From contig JAQWDH010000003.1 of assembly GCA_028705565.1 (NCBI GenBank), forward strand, positions 9,371-73,370: a DNA stretch of 64,000 bases, in the 5' to 3' direction. This stretch comes from Patescibacteria group bacterium. Its GTDB lineage: Bacteria > Patescibacteriota > Patescibacteriia > Magasanikbacterales > GWA2-37-8. The notes beneath the pieces are model-generated. The model did not search any database. It had not been told where the DNA came from and saw only the letters and a program-made list of their open reading frames with translations. A program made the translations under genes and the position numbers. This document shows, in pieces, positions 56,633 through 64,000 of the stretch. Position 1 is the first letter of the stretch. Every line of letters starts with the position of its first letter.

Positions 56633-57082
56633 ATGATATTGGCTGAAAATAAAAAAGCGCTGTTTGATTATGAAATTCTGGAAAAAATGGAGGCCGGTTT
56701 AGTGTTGTCCGGACAAGAAGTAAAATCCGCGAAAAATAAAACAATTTCTTTAAAAGGCGCCTTCGTTACGTTCCACGGAAATGACGCTTTGCTTACAAAC
56801 GCTCATTTTAGCGCATACCCGCAAGCAGGTCCAATTCCGCAATATGACCCAACGCGCAGCCGTCGCCTTTTACTCCATAAAAAACAAATCGCTTATTTAA
56901 GGGGAAAATCGCAAGAAAAGGGCTTGACAATAGTGCCGTTGATGGTGTATATTAAGAACCATCTTGTCAAAGTGGAAATCGCCGTTGCTCGCGGCCGCCA
57001 CAAATACGATAAAAGAGAAGTATTGAAAGAACGAGATTTAAAAAAAGAATTAAGCAGGGCGCAAAAGCAAAAAAATTTTTAA
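56633..57082 (+). CDS. smpB: SsrA-binding protein
   Basis: 'AENKKA.FDYEI', 'EAGLVL.GQEVKS', 'LLLHKKQI', 'YDKRE'; start ATG 56633. Confidence 0.98.
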   Translation: MILAENKKALFDYEILEKMEAGLVLSGQEVKSAKNKTISLKGAFVTFHGNDALLTNAHFSAYPQAGPIPQYDPTRSRRLLLHKKQIAYLRGKSQEKGLTIVPLMVYIKNHLVKVEIAVARGRHKYDKREVLKERDLKKELSRAQKQKNF

Positions 57083-57088
57083 ATGACA

Positions 57089-57176
57089 TTTTTCCCCCTT
57101 CGGGAGATCTCCCAAATGGGGAAAAAATGGATAATTGCCTGCCTGCATACCTACGGTATGTAAACCGGTAGGCAGG
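57089..57176. repeat. Two nested palindromes between smpB and ssrA
   Basis: TTTTTCCCC..GGGAGATCTCCC..GGGGAAAAA and CCTGCCTGC[ATACC-TAC-GGTAT]..GTAGGCAGG. Confidence 0.55.
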
Positions 57177-57195
57177 ATAATTGGAAATTAGTTAT

Positions 57196-57590
57196 GGGGG
57201 TGTCGGGTTTCGACAGAAATCTTCGGCTCCGCCGGCATACCGAGATGTCTCCGGTCTCGTTAAAAATCGAAGAAAAATAATAAGTGCTAACTTATTTTCA
57301 AAAGTGAAATCTGTTTTAGCCAACGCTTTTAGCGCCGGCTACAGTTTCGCTCCGTCAATCGCTTAATTGCGGTTGTCCATCGCGTTAGCGACGCTCGGTA
57401 GCTAATTGCGGTGTCACTTACCGAGAGTAGATGATGTTCGCCGCCGTACGAAAATCATTGAAAGTTATTCGGCTCGCCAATCGAATTTTTGCTCCCTTCA
57501 TATTCGGTTGATTAAATTACCAAGGGAAATAAGTATGTAGATGGCGCTGTCGTAATTTTCTAGACGCGAGTTCAACTCTCGCCACTTCCA
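57196..57590 (+). ncRNA. ssrA: tmRNA
   Basis: 5' GGGGGTG..TTCGAC; 3' T-arm GCGAG-TTCAACT-CTCGC + CACTTCCA; G3:U pair; tag ORF 57286-57366; follows smpB; CCA not encoded. Confidence 0.95.
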
Positions 57591-57608
57591 CAAATAAATC
57601 AGAGTATT

Positions 57609-58157
57609 ATGAGAATATCAAGAAGGAGACCGAAAATTATTGAAGAAAAAAAAGATTTTCGTTTTAACGAACGCATTGTCGCCCGCGAAGTTTTTGTTAT
57701 CGGCGACGAAGGCGTAGGTTTGGGTATTATGAAGACGCAGGACGCGATTAATTTGGCGCGCGAACAAGAAATGGATTTGGTGGAAATAAATCCGAAAGCT
57801 GAACCGCCTGTCGCTAAAATTATGAATTTCGGGCATTTTAAATATCAGCAAGAAAAACAGGACCGTTTGCGGCGCGCGCATCAGCATGTGATGAAAATAA
57901 AATGCGTTCGCTTGTCTTTGCGTATCGGGGCTCATGATTTGGAAATTCGCAAAGACCAGGCCGTTGATTTTTTAAACGGCGGAGACAAAGCGAAAATTGA
58001 AATCATATTGAAAGGGCGCGAATTACAGCAAGGTCCGATGGCTTTCGCGGTAATAAAAAAATTTATTGAAGATGTCGGTAAAGCAATGCAAATACGCGTT
58101 GACCAGCCGGCGGAAAGACAGGGTAATAAAATAACATCTATAATAGTAAAAAGTTAA
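57609..58157 (+). CDS. infC: Translation initiation factor IF-3
   Basis: 'NERI..REV..I', 'DLVEI..A.PPVAKIM.FG.FKY'. Confidence 0.96.
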   Translation: MRISRRRPKIIEEKKDFRFNERIVAREVFVIGDEGVGLGIMKTQDAINLAREQEMDLVEINPKAEPPVAKIMNFGHFKYQQEKQDRLRRAHQHVMKIKCVRLSLRIGAHDLEIRKDQAVDFLNGGDKAKIEIILKGRELQQGPMAFAVIKKFIEDVGKAMQIRVDQPAERQGNKITSIIVKS

Positions 58158-58161
58158 ACAT

Positions 58162-58356
58162 ATGAACAAAATAAAAACACACAAGGCCACGGCCAAAAGA
58201 TTTAAAAAAACCAAAAGCGGCAAAGTCGTGAAGCGCGCTTGCGGACAAAGTCATTTTAACGCCAAAGAATCGGGCAACACCAGACGCAATAAAAGAAAAG
58301 CCGTCACTTTGAGCGAATCTTTTCATGGAATAATTGACACTAATTTAATGAAATAA
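58162..58356 (+). CDS. rpmI: 50S ribosomal protein L35
   Basis: 'KIKTHKATAKRFKKTKSGK'; between infC and rplT. Confidence 0.97.
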   Translation: MNKIKTHKATAKRFKKTKSGKVVKRACGQSHFNAKESGNTRRNKRKAVTLSESFHGIIDTNLMK

Positions 58357-58360
58357 AAAT

Positions 58361-58705
58361 ATGACAAGAATAAAAGGCGGTCTTCTGCACGCCAAACGCA
58401 GACGAGGCATATTAAAACACACCAAGGGCTACCGCTGGGGCAGAAAATCAAAAATAAAAGTTGCCAAGGTTGCCAAAATGAAAGCCGGACAATACGCTTT
58501 TGTAGGACGCAAAACAAAAAAAAGAATCAACCGCGGGCTTAATATCGCCAGAATCAATGCCGCGCTTGACGCAAGAGGTTTGAGCTACAGCGTGTTTATG
58601 GGAAAGCTCAAAAAACAAGGAATAAAATTGGACAGAAAAGTCCTCGCTCAAATCGCGAGACATTATCCGGGGATACTTGAAAAAATAATTGAAGCGATAA
58701 AATAA
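58361..58705 (+). CDS. rplT: 50S ribosomal protein L20
   Basis: 'MTRIKGG', 'KGYRWGR', 'RINAA', 'LDRKVLA'. Confidence 0.98.
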   Translation: MTRIKGGLLHAKRRRGILKHTKGYRWGRKSKIKVAKVAKMKAGQYAFVGRKTKKRINRGLNIARINAALDARGLSYSVFMGKLKKQGIKLDRKVLAQIARHYPGILEKIIEAIK

Positions 58706-58758
58706 ACCCGACATAGGCGGTAATCTTCGTTGTCATCCCCGTGACAAATATAAAAATT

Positions 58759-58799
58759 AAAAGTCATCCTGCGATTCAAACCATGGGATGACTTTTTTT
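58759..58799. terminator. Bidirectional intrinsic terminator
   Basis: AAAAGTCATCC...GGATGACTTTTTTT between convergent genes. Confidence 0.75.
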
Positions 58800-58814
58800 A
58801 ATCGCTTTTAAATT

Positions 58815-60497
58815 TTATTTTATCGCCAATCCTAAAATATTTTCCGCGAGCAAATCGCCGGATATCGCGTCATAAGCCGATACGCGAATGTTGTAATTTC
58901 CTGTCGGCAATCGCGAACTTAAAGATTGTTTAACCGACAAGCTGTTCACCGCGCCGGAAGCTAATGTCCATTTGCCTTTGTCAATACTGTATTCATTATT
59001 ATACTCATCCAGAAGCTGCCGAGTTAAACGAATTTTTTTTGTTTGTTCGCCTTGATTGCCGAAGCCGTATTGAAATTTAAAAACAAACGGCAATTTTGCT
59101 GACATTTTATTTTTATCAAAAAATGATCCGCTGAAATATATATCGGAATACGCCAAAGTTGAAGTTGAACTTAAAACAAACTTTTTTTCTTCAGGATTTT
59201 TTATCGCGACGACAAATCCATTTTCGTCCAATAACTTGTTTTTTTTATCAAGTATTTTTATTTTTATCGAGTATTCGCCTGATTTTATGTTATTATCTAT
59301 AATATCTTTTACATTAAAACTGAAAACTCCGTTTTTTTTCAACGTCGTTTGCGCGAACGCTGCGCGAACGACTTTTCCATTTTTATTTAAAAACTGCCTG
59401 ATAATTTTAAAAGAATCCGTTTTGCCTTTTTGGTTTTTATATTCGTAATAAAATCTAAAAAAATCCCCTTTTTGATAAATCGCGTTGGCGACTCGCGTTA
59501 TTTTAATGTTTGAGAAAGGATTCAAAACATCCACCGCTCCGGCGGAAACCGTTGATGTCGCGGTCATCGGTTTTTCAGATATCTGACTTACGACAAAAAA
59601 ATACAAAGTTTTCACCTCTGTTTCGGTTCCATACCAGTTACGAAATTTGACATATACTTTTTTCAATCCAAGTCCGGAAGACAAAACAAAAGATTTTGAC
59701 GGTTTATAACTTTCCCACGAAGATCCTTTGAAATCGGTATTTTCCGAAATAGCCATTGTTTCGGCGTTTGTAGCTTCAAATTTTAAAATCACATTCGGAG
59801 AAGTTACGCGAATCGCCACCGGCGGCGCCGGAATTAACGGTATCACTCCCCCTCCGCCACCGCCTCCGGCTGAAGAAACAGGGGGAACAATCACAGGAGG
59901 TTTTTCTTTCTCTTTTTCTTTTGACGCGCCGACACTAACTTTTGAAATTATAAAAATCATCGCGTTGGCTTTATCCAAAATAACGCTTGGCGCGGATATT
60001 GTTTCAATAAAAATTTTATAATCCCCGATGCCGATGGGATTTATCAAACGATGCGCGCCAACGCCTTCAAAATTCGCTTGTGTTCCTATTTTTACGGTTA
60101 TTTCATCATTCACTTGAATTTTCTCCGAATCGTTCAAAGTAAAAATAAATTTTCCTGAATTTCCATACTCAATTGAAAGCCCCATTGAACTTCCGACTCC
60201 GACACCGGCAGACAAAGCTATTTTTTTATTCACTCCGTTTATTAAAAAATCAATATCTTCCAAACCAAGCTGGTCTGGAATCTCAAAAAAACCTGCCTCA
60301 GGTTGTATGACAATTTTTCCGGAAAAAGGGACGTCTCTTGTTGCTGTAAATTTAATAGTATGATTTGATTCAACGCCAGGAGCCGAATTTGACAAAAGGT
60401 CGCTCGTAAAAGTTAAAACAGCGGCGCCAGCGGGCGCCGCGCAAAGCATCAAAACAACCAATAAAATAATCAATAATTTTGCCGTTTTCATATTCAA
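58815..60497 (-). CDS. Secreted beta-rich surface protein with a Pro/Gly linker
   Basis: Signal peptide; N-terminal domain resembles that of 62121..63305 ('SDLLS..G..SNHTIKFT' vs 'EDTLS..G..ANHTIKFT'); two similar C-terminal Ig-like domains. Confidence 0.75.
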   Translation of the reverse strand: MNMKTAKLLIILLVVLMLCAAPAGAAVLTFTSDLLSNSAPGVESNHTIKFTATRDVPFSGKIVIQPEAGFFEIPDQLGLEDIDFLINGVNKKIALSAGVGVGSSMGLSIEYGNSGKFIFTLNDSEKIQVNDEITVKIGTQANFEGVGAHRLINPIGIGDYKIFIETISAPSVILDKANAMIFIISKVSVGASKEKEKEKPPVIVPPVSSAGGGGGGGVIPLIPAPPVAIRVTSPNVILKFEATNAETMAISENTDFKGSSWESYKPSKSFVLSSGLGLKKVYVKFRNWYGTETEVKTLYFFVVSQISEKPMTATSTVSAGAVDVLNPFSNIKITRVANAIYQKGDFFRFYYEYKNQKGKTDSFKIIRQFLNKNGKVVRAAFAQTTLKKNGVFSFNVKDIIDNNIKSGEYSIKIKILDKKNKLLDENGFVVAIKNPEEKKFVLSSTSTLAYSDIYFSGSFFDKNKMSAKLPFVFKFQYGFGNQGEQTKKIRLTRQLLDEYNNEYSIDKGKWTLASGAVNSLSVKQSLSSRLPTGNYNIRVSAYDAISGDLLAENILGLAIK

Positions 60498-60946
60498 TCG
60501 TTTACGCGGCGGCGCTTCGCGTCAAAATAAAAATTTAATGACACGAGGCAAAGCAGGGCCAATGTAAAAATCGTCAAAAAACGCACTGTCGTGTCCAAGC
60601 CCTCAACTTCTCCGATAAAATTATTTTCTTTTTCAAAAATAATTTTTTCTTTTTCCGATAATGCGATTTCCTTGTCTTTTAACATTGAAACCACTTGGTT
60701 GAACGAATTCGCCTCCACCGCGGCGGACACGCTCGTTCCTTTGTCGTGCTCCGCCGCGAAAGTGGATATTATTAATTCTTTTTCTTCGGCTGTCGCTTTT
60801 TCACTTCTCAACTGTTCGGCTAATTCCAAAATTTTAAAATTTTCCGCTTCAATGAAATTTGGTATCTTGTCAAAAATAAACGCGGCCAGAAAAAATCCCG
60901 ACAAGCAGAAAATCATAGCCGACCAAATTTTTGTCTTTTCCCGCAT
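60494..60946 (-). CDS. Hypothetical two-TM coiled-coil protein
   Basis: N- and C-terminal TM; ends 'LNFYFD.KRRR'; ATGA-coupled to the next gene. Confidence 0.7.
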   Translation of the reverse strand: MREKTKIWSAMIFCLSGFFLAAFIFDKIPNFIEAENFKILELAEQLRSEKATAEEKELIISTFAAEHDKGTSVSAAVEANSFNQVVSMLKDKEIALSEKEKIIFEKENNFIGEVEGLDTTVRFLTIFTLALLCLVSLNFYFDAKRRRVND

Positions 60947-60949
60947 ATA

Positions 60950-62002
60950 TTAAGCGAATAGTATGAATAGAACCAGAGCGAAAGCTAAAACAAATATGAT
61001 AATCGCGGCCAAAGAAGGTCCGCAACAATGTTTTCTTTTCTCTTTCCATGAATAATCTTTAATGCCGCTTTGGCGAAGTTTCTTCCTTATGTGAAGTTTG
61101 GCGAAAATGTAAGCCAAAGCGAACAAGGCCAATATGGCGCCGGCAGACGGCAAAATAATACCGAGAGGAAGAACCCAAAACGACAAATCATCGGATATGG
61201 TTCTGACTTCTTCGTCGCCATAAGCCAAACTCATCACCGCTTGGTATCTGCCAAACAAAATTTCATCCGTTGACCATACTAATTCAAATTGACGACTCGC
61301 GCCAGGAAACACGGCCGCGGCATCGTCGTTCATTTTTAACACCGCGATTTTCCGTCCGAAATTATTTATAATTTCAATGGGACCGCGCGGTTTAATCAAA
61401 GTATTGCCGTTGTTTTCAATTCCTGTTGTAAATTTGATATTCGGTTTAAAATAAACCGCCTTGTCCGTGAAAAATTCCTTGACGCGCGCCTCTTCGGACG
61501 CTTCTCCGGCTATGCGCAAATTTATAATGGTGCCGACCTGGTAATTTATGCCGACCCCACTCTCTTCCGTGCGAGACGGATCGGTGCCTAGAAAAATACT
61601 GCCAAAATGTCCGCCTGGCGCCGCGTCTTTCGGAACTGTAATGGAATATGGTATATCAACCGTTCCTCCGCCGGAAATTTCCACAGCTTCCGAAGTTATT
61701 TGTATCCAAGACGAAATTTCATAGCCGGTTTTTTCTCCTTCTTTCGCGAAAATCGGATGGCCTTCGGAATCAAGAGACGATATATCGCGTTTAATGACAT
61801 AATACAAACTTTTTTCCGCGCCTAAATTGGACGCATGCAAAATTGAAGAAAATGTTTGACCGGGTTCAACTTTTTCTTCAATGATTGACGGCTGAACTTT
61901 TATGCCGACATTAGAATTTTCTTGAGCTAATATTTTCGCCGGAGCCAGCAAAAAACAACAAATTAAAACCGGCAATAAATAAAATATAAATCTTTTTTTC
62001 AT
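60950..62002 (-). CDS. DUF916/DUF3324-like (WxL-interacting or PapD-like) membrane-anchored protein
   Basis: Signal peptide; 'SSWI..', 'I.VPKDAAPGGHFGSI', 'NNGNT.IKP.G'; C-terminal TMs. Confidence 0.7.
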   Translation of the reverse strand: MKKRFIFYLLPVLICCFLLAPAKILAQENSNVGIKVQPSIIEEKVEPGQTFSSILHASNLGAEKSLYYVIKRDISSLDSEGHPIFAKEGEKTGYEISSWIQITSEAVEISGGGTVDIPYSITVPKDAAPGGHFGSIFLGTDPSRTEESGVGINYQVGTIINLRIAGEASEEARVKEFFTDKAVYFKPNIKFTTGIENNGNTLIKPRGPIEIINNFGRKIAVLKMNDDAAAVFPGASRQFELVWSTDEILFGRYQAVMSLAYGDEEVRTISDDLSFWVLPLGIILPSAGAILALFALAYIFAKLHIRKKLRQSGIKDYSWKEKRKHCCGPSLAAIIIFVLAFALVLFILFA

Positions 62003-62029
62003 ATTTAAATTGATTAAGTAAAGCGCAAG

Positions 62030-62067
62030 CCCGAACTCCCGTCCTGCTTGCGGGCGGGAGTTCAGGG
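62030..62067. terminator. Strong hairpin after the major surface-protein gene
   Basis: GAACTCCCGTCC...GGGCGGGAGTTC. Confidence 0.6.
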
Positions 62068-62120
62068 TTCACACCTTAGGAGAGCGGATAAAGGATTCTT
62101 ATCGCGTGATTTAGCTAATT

Positions 62121-63305
62121 TTAAAAGGTCGGTGTTGCCACATAAGTAAGCGAATTGGTGTAGTCATTCGCCGCTTCTTGCAATGCCGAGATTTCAATTT
62201 TTATACCAACTCTTGTTTGGCCTTTATCGGCCGTTGATCCGTTTGCCGGACCCGTGTGTGAAAACACGGTGCGGGGGGTGCCCAAATTTCCGGCGTATAA
62301 CGCAGTACCAAATTCATTGACGTTTAAATCGGAATCCTCACTGGTTATGCCATAATGTCCGTATGTCGCTTCGCTGTCCAATGTGGCAGTTGGAACTGCC
62401 CACGCTTCGGGCGTAGCCGTGCTTGCCCCATCTTTAAATGTATCTATGTCTGCGCCGTTTACACTGAGCAGATTTTGATCCTGTTGCACTGTCACAATAA
62501 AACCGTTTTTGGCGTTAGTTGAAACCGAAAGCGTTTGCCCAAGCACTTTGGCTGCGCCAGGTGTCAATTCTCCGAACGGCAATTCTGTGGCAGTAGCGCC
62601 CGTGGATGTTAGCACCACGTCCCCATTGATAGCTTGTCCCGATGCAACGCCTGCAATCGTGAATGTAAAATTCGTAGAAACAGACGCGGTTACAACCACA
62701 TCATCTATAATCGCGACTAAAATTTTTGCCGTTGTTCCCGCAGGAGCTGTTGCGTCTATCTGATAAGAACCGGCTGTTGGCGGGTTGACTATTTGGCTGT
62801 CTCCGACTCCTCCAACCGTTGTGTTTGTGCCGATTTTTATCGTGAGCGGGGTGCTTACGGCTATCGGGTCTGTTCCGCTGCAATGAGTGAATGTAAACAC
62901 ATTTTCCGCTGAAATTGATGTGATTTCAAATTCCGTCAAACCGCTTACAGGACAACTTCCCGCCGCGTTTACTGTGATATTATTGGATGTTGATGTGGTG
63001 ATATCAAAATCCAACGGGTCTGTTTCTGAAAAAGCCGGCGTGCTTGTGGTTGAAAACGAATCAGGGAAATCTATAACAATGGTTGAGCTCGCTGAAATTA
63101 AAGTTTTGGTGGTAAATTTTATGGTGTGATTCGCCTTAACCCCAAGGTCGGAATCCGACAATGTATCTTCCGCTTGAGTAAGCTGGGCGGCTTTCGCGTT
63201 GCTTATTAAAATAGACAAATTAAACACGCAAGCGAGAAAACTTATCAGAACAGTCGCGGAAATAACTGAAAATATTTTATCTTTGCGAATATTTATTTTT
63301 TTCAT
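62121..63305 (-). CDS. Secreted Thr-rich protein with a WxL-like C-terminal domain
   Basis: Signal peptide; 'LPFGEL', 'LSVSTNAKNGFIV', C-terminal 'DYTNSLTYVATPTF'; SD AAAGGAG. Confidence 0.7.
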   Translation of the reverse strand: MKKINIRKDKIFSVISATVLISFLACVFNLSILISNAKAAQLTQAEDTLSDSDLGVKANHTIKFTTKTLISASSTIVIDFPDSFSTTSTPAFSETDPLDFDITTSTSNNITVNAAGSCPVSGLTEFEITSISAENVFTFTHCSGTDPIAVSTPLTIKIGTNTTVGGVGDSQIVNPPTAGSYQIDATAPAGTTAKILVAIIDDVVVTASVSTNFTFTIAGVASGQAINGDVVLTSTGATATELPFGELTPGAAKVLGQTLSVSTNAKNGFIVTVQQDQNLLSVNGADIDTFKDGASTATPEAWAVPTATLDSEATYGHYGITSEDSDLNVNEFGTALYAGNLGTPRTVFSHTGPANGSTADKGQTRVGIKIEISALQEAANDYTNSLTYVATPTF

Positions 63306-63408
63306 ATTTTTGTTCTCCTTTCTTTTATTAATTTTTTTAATCGCCTCGACCTTTGACCTCCTTTAATAATGGCCGACGTTTTTTTAAAAAATAGTTTTTC
63401 ATTAAATC

Positions 63409-63490
63409 AAAAGCGCGCCCCTTGCGGGGTGCGCTCTAAAGGACACTTGATTCGGTGTGGCAGATTGTCGCTCGAAAGCTTTCAATCGCC
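63409..63490 (-). promoter_or_regulatory. Putative attenuator RNA element, copy 2
   Basis: CU-UUCG-AG hairpin, GUGUCCUUUAGAGCGC, then terminator-like stem and U tract. Confidence 0.55.
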
Positions 63491-63500
63491 TATTTTGTTT

Positions 63501-63743
63501 TCATTTTTTTTCAATTCTTACAAATTTTATTTGATTAACCGGAATGATTTTTTTGCAATTATGGCAAATCGCTTCCCAATCGTCAAAACGATTAAGAATA
63601 TTCGCTTTGCCTATCAACGCCCTGCAATCACGATGGTAAAGGAGATAAGTAAAATGGTCGGATTCCTCGTACATTTTAAGCATCTCCGCGTCTTTAAGCG
63701 GTAACTGTAAATTGTTATTATTGTTACCTCCTTTATATTTCAT
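63501..63743 (-). CDS. Small protein with a possible Zn-binding motif
   Basis: 'HRDC' and 'CHNC' pair; start uncertain. Confidence 0.5.
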   Translation of the reverse strand: MKYKGGNNNNNLQLPLKDAEMLKMYEESDHFTYLLYHRDCRALIGKANILNRFDDWEAICHNCKKIIPVNQIKFVRIEKK

Positions 63744-63767
63744 CGCGGTAAAATTAAATCATCTGAT

Positions 63768-63841
63768 AAAAAAAGCACACTGATGCGCGCTCGAAAGGAC
63801 ACCCCCCTATATAAACACTTTACTCTCGAAAGAATAAAGTG
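63768..63841 (-). promoter_or_regulatory. Putative attenuator RNA element, copy 1
   Basis: CACUUUAUUCU-UUCG-AGAGUAAAGUG, GUGUCCUUUCGAGCGC, then terminator stem and U tract. Confidence 0.55.
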
Positions 63842-63893
63842 GTTTTGTTTTTATCCAGTATGCTTTTTACGGAGATTAATCCCGCATATTTAT

Positions 63894-63935
63894 ATTATAG
63901 CACATTTTAAGGAACTCGCGGAAAAGTTATCCACA
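63894..63935 (-). promoter_or_regulatory. Extended -10 promoter and a single consensus DnaA box
   Basis: TGcTATAAT on the minus strand at 63902-63894; TTATCCACA at 63927-63935. Confidence 0.55.
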
Positions 63936-64000
63936 GGTCAAAATTATTCATTATTTACCGTTTTTTTGTCCCGCGCCTTCGTTTTCTTGCGACTGGAATA

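Noticed and set aside
57181-57366. 61-aa ORF in the ORF track
   Set aside because: It overlaps the tmRNA 5' domain; only 57286-57366 is the tag reading frame
59820-59900. Poly-Gly/Pro tract as a phase-variable repeat
   Set aside because: Mixed codons encode an ordinary flexible linker; no long homopolymer
63927-63935. oriC suggested by a perfect DnaA box
   Set aside because: Single box, no cluster or dnaA/dnaN in view; sequence beyond the window edge cannot be assessed

Overview
A 64-kb chromosomal segment of a small-genome, AT-rich bacterium using the standard code (TGA stops). Gene content and style point to Patescibacteria/CPR, Parcubacteria-like (inference). Most of it is housekeeping: envelope and peptidoglycan genes (flippase, GT4, GT2, O-antigen ligase, WecB/TagA, ddl, alr, M23, DD-carboxypeptidase, mreBCD-mrdA), fmt-def-priA, clpB, four aminoacyl-tRNA synthetases, a full F1Fo ATP synthase operon, thiI/iscS/nifU/ferredoxin, smpB-ssrA, infC-rpmI-rplT and a WxL/DUF916-like surface operon. 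The unusual signals are mostly non-coding. (1) Four AT-rich orphan-gene modules share a promoter and strong Shine-Dalgarno; three also have a boxA-like motif and pre-SD hairpins, unlike the largely SD-less core genes. (2) A translationally coupled HTH-HNH nuclease + Xer-like recombinase operon has a symmetric 11-6-11 dif-like site over its promoter. (3) Two copies of a UUCG-hairpin/antiterminator/terminator RNA element flank a small Zn-finger-like ORF upstream of the surface operon. (4) TGTCAT-ended REP-like palindromes have entered coding sequence: an in-frame insert in rsmI and the stop codon of fmt. (5) Degenerate proteins include a Walker-A-less PriA, a triad-less HtrA and a Cys-less BFD domain on NifU. 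Also seen: a variant CIRCE and a 26-aa tmRNA tag. All calls come from motif reading only; no database searches were run.
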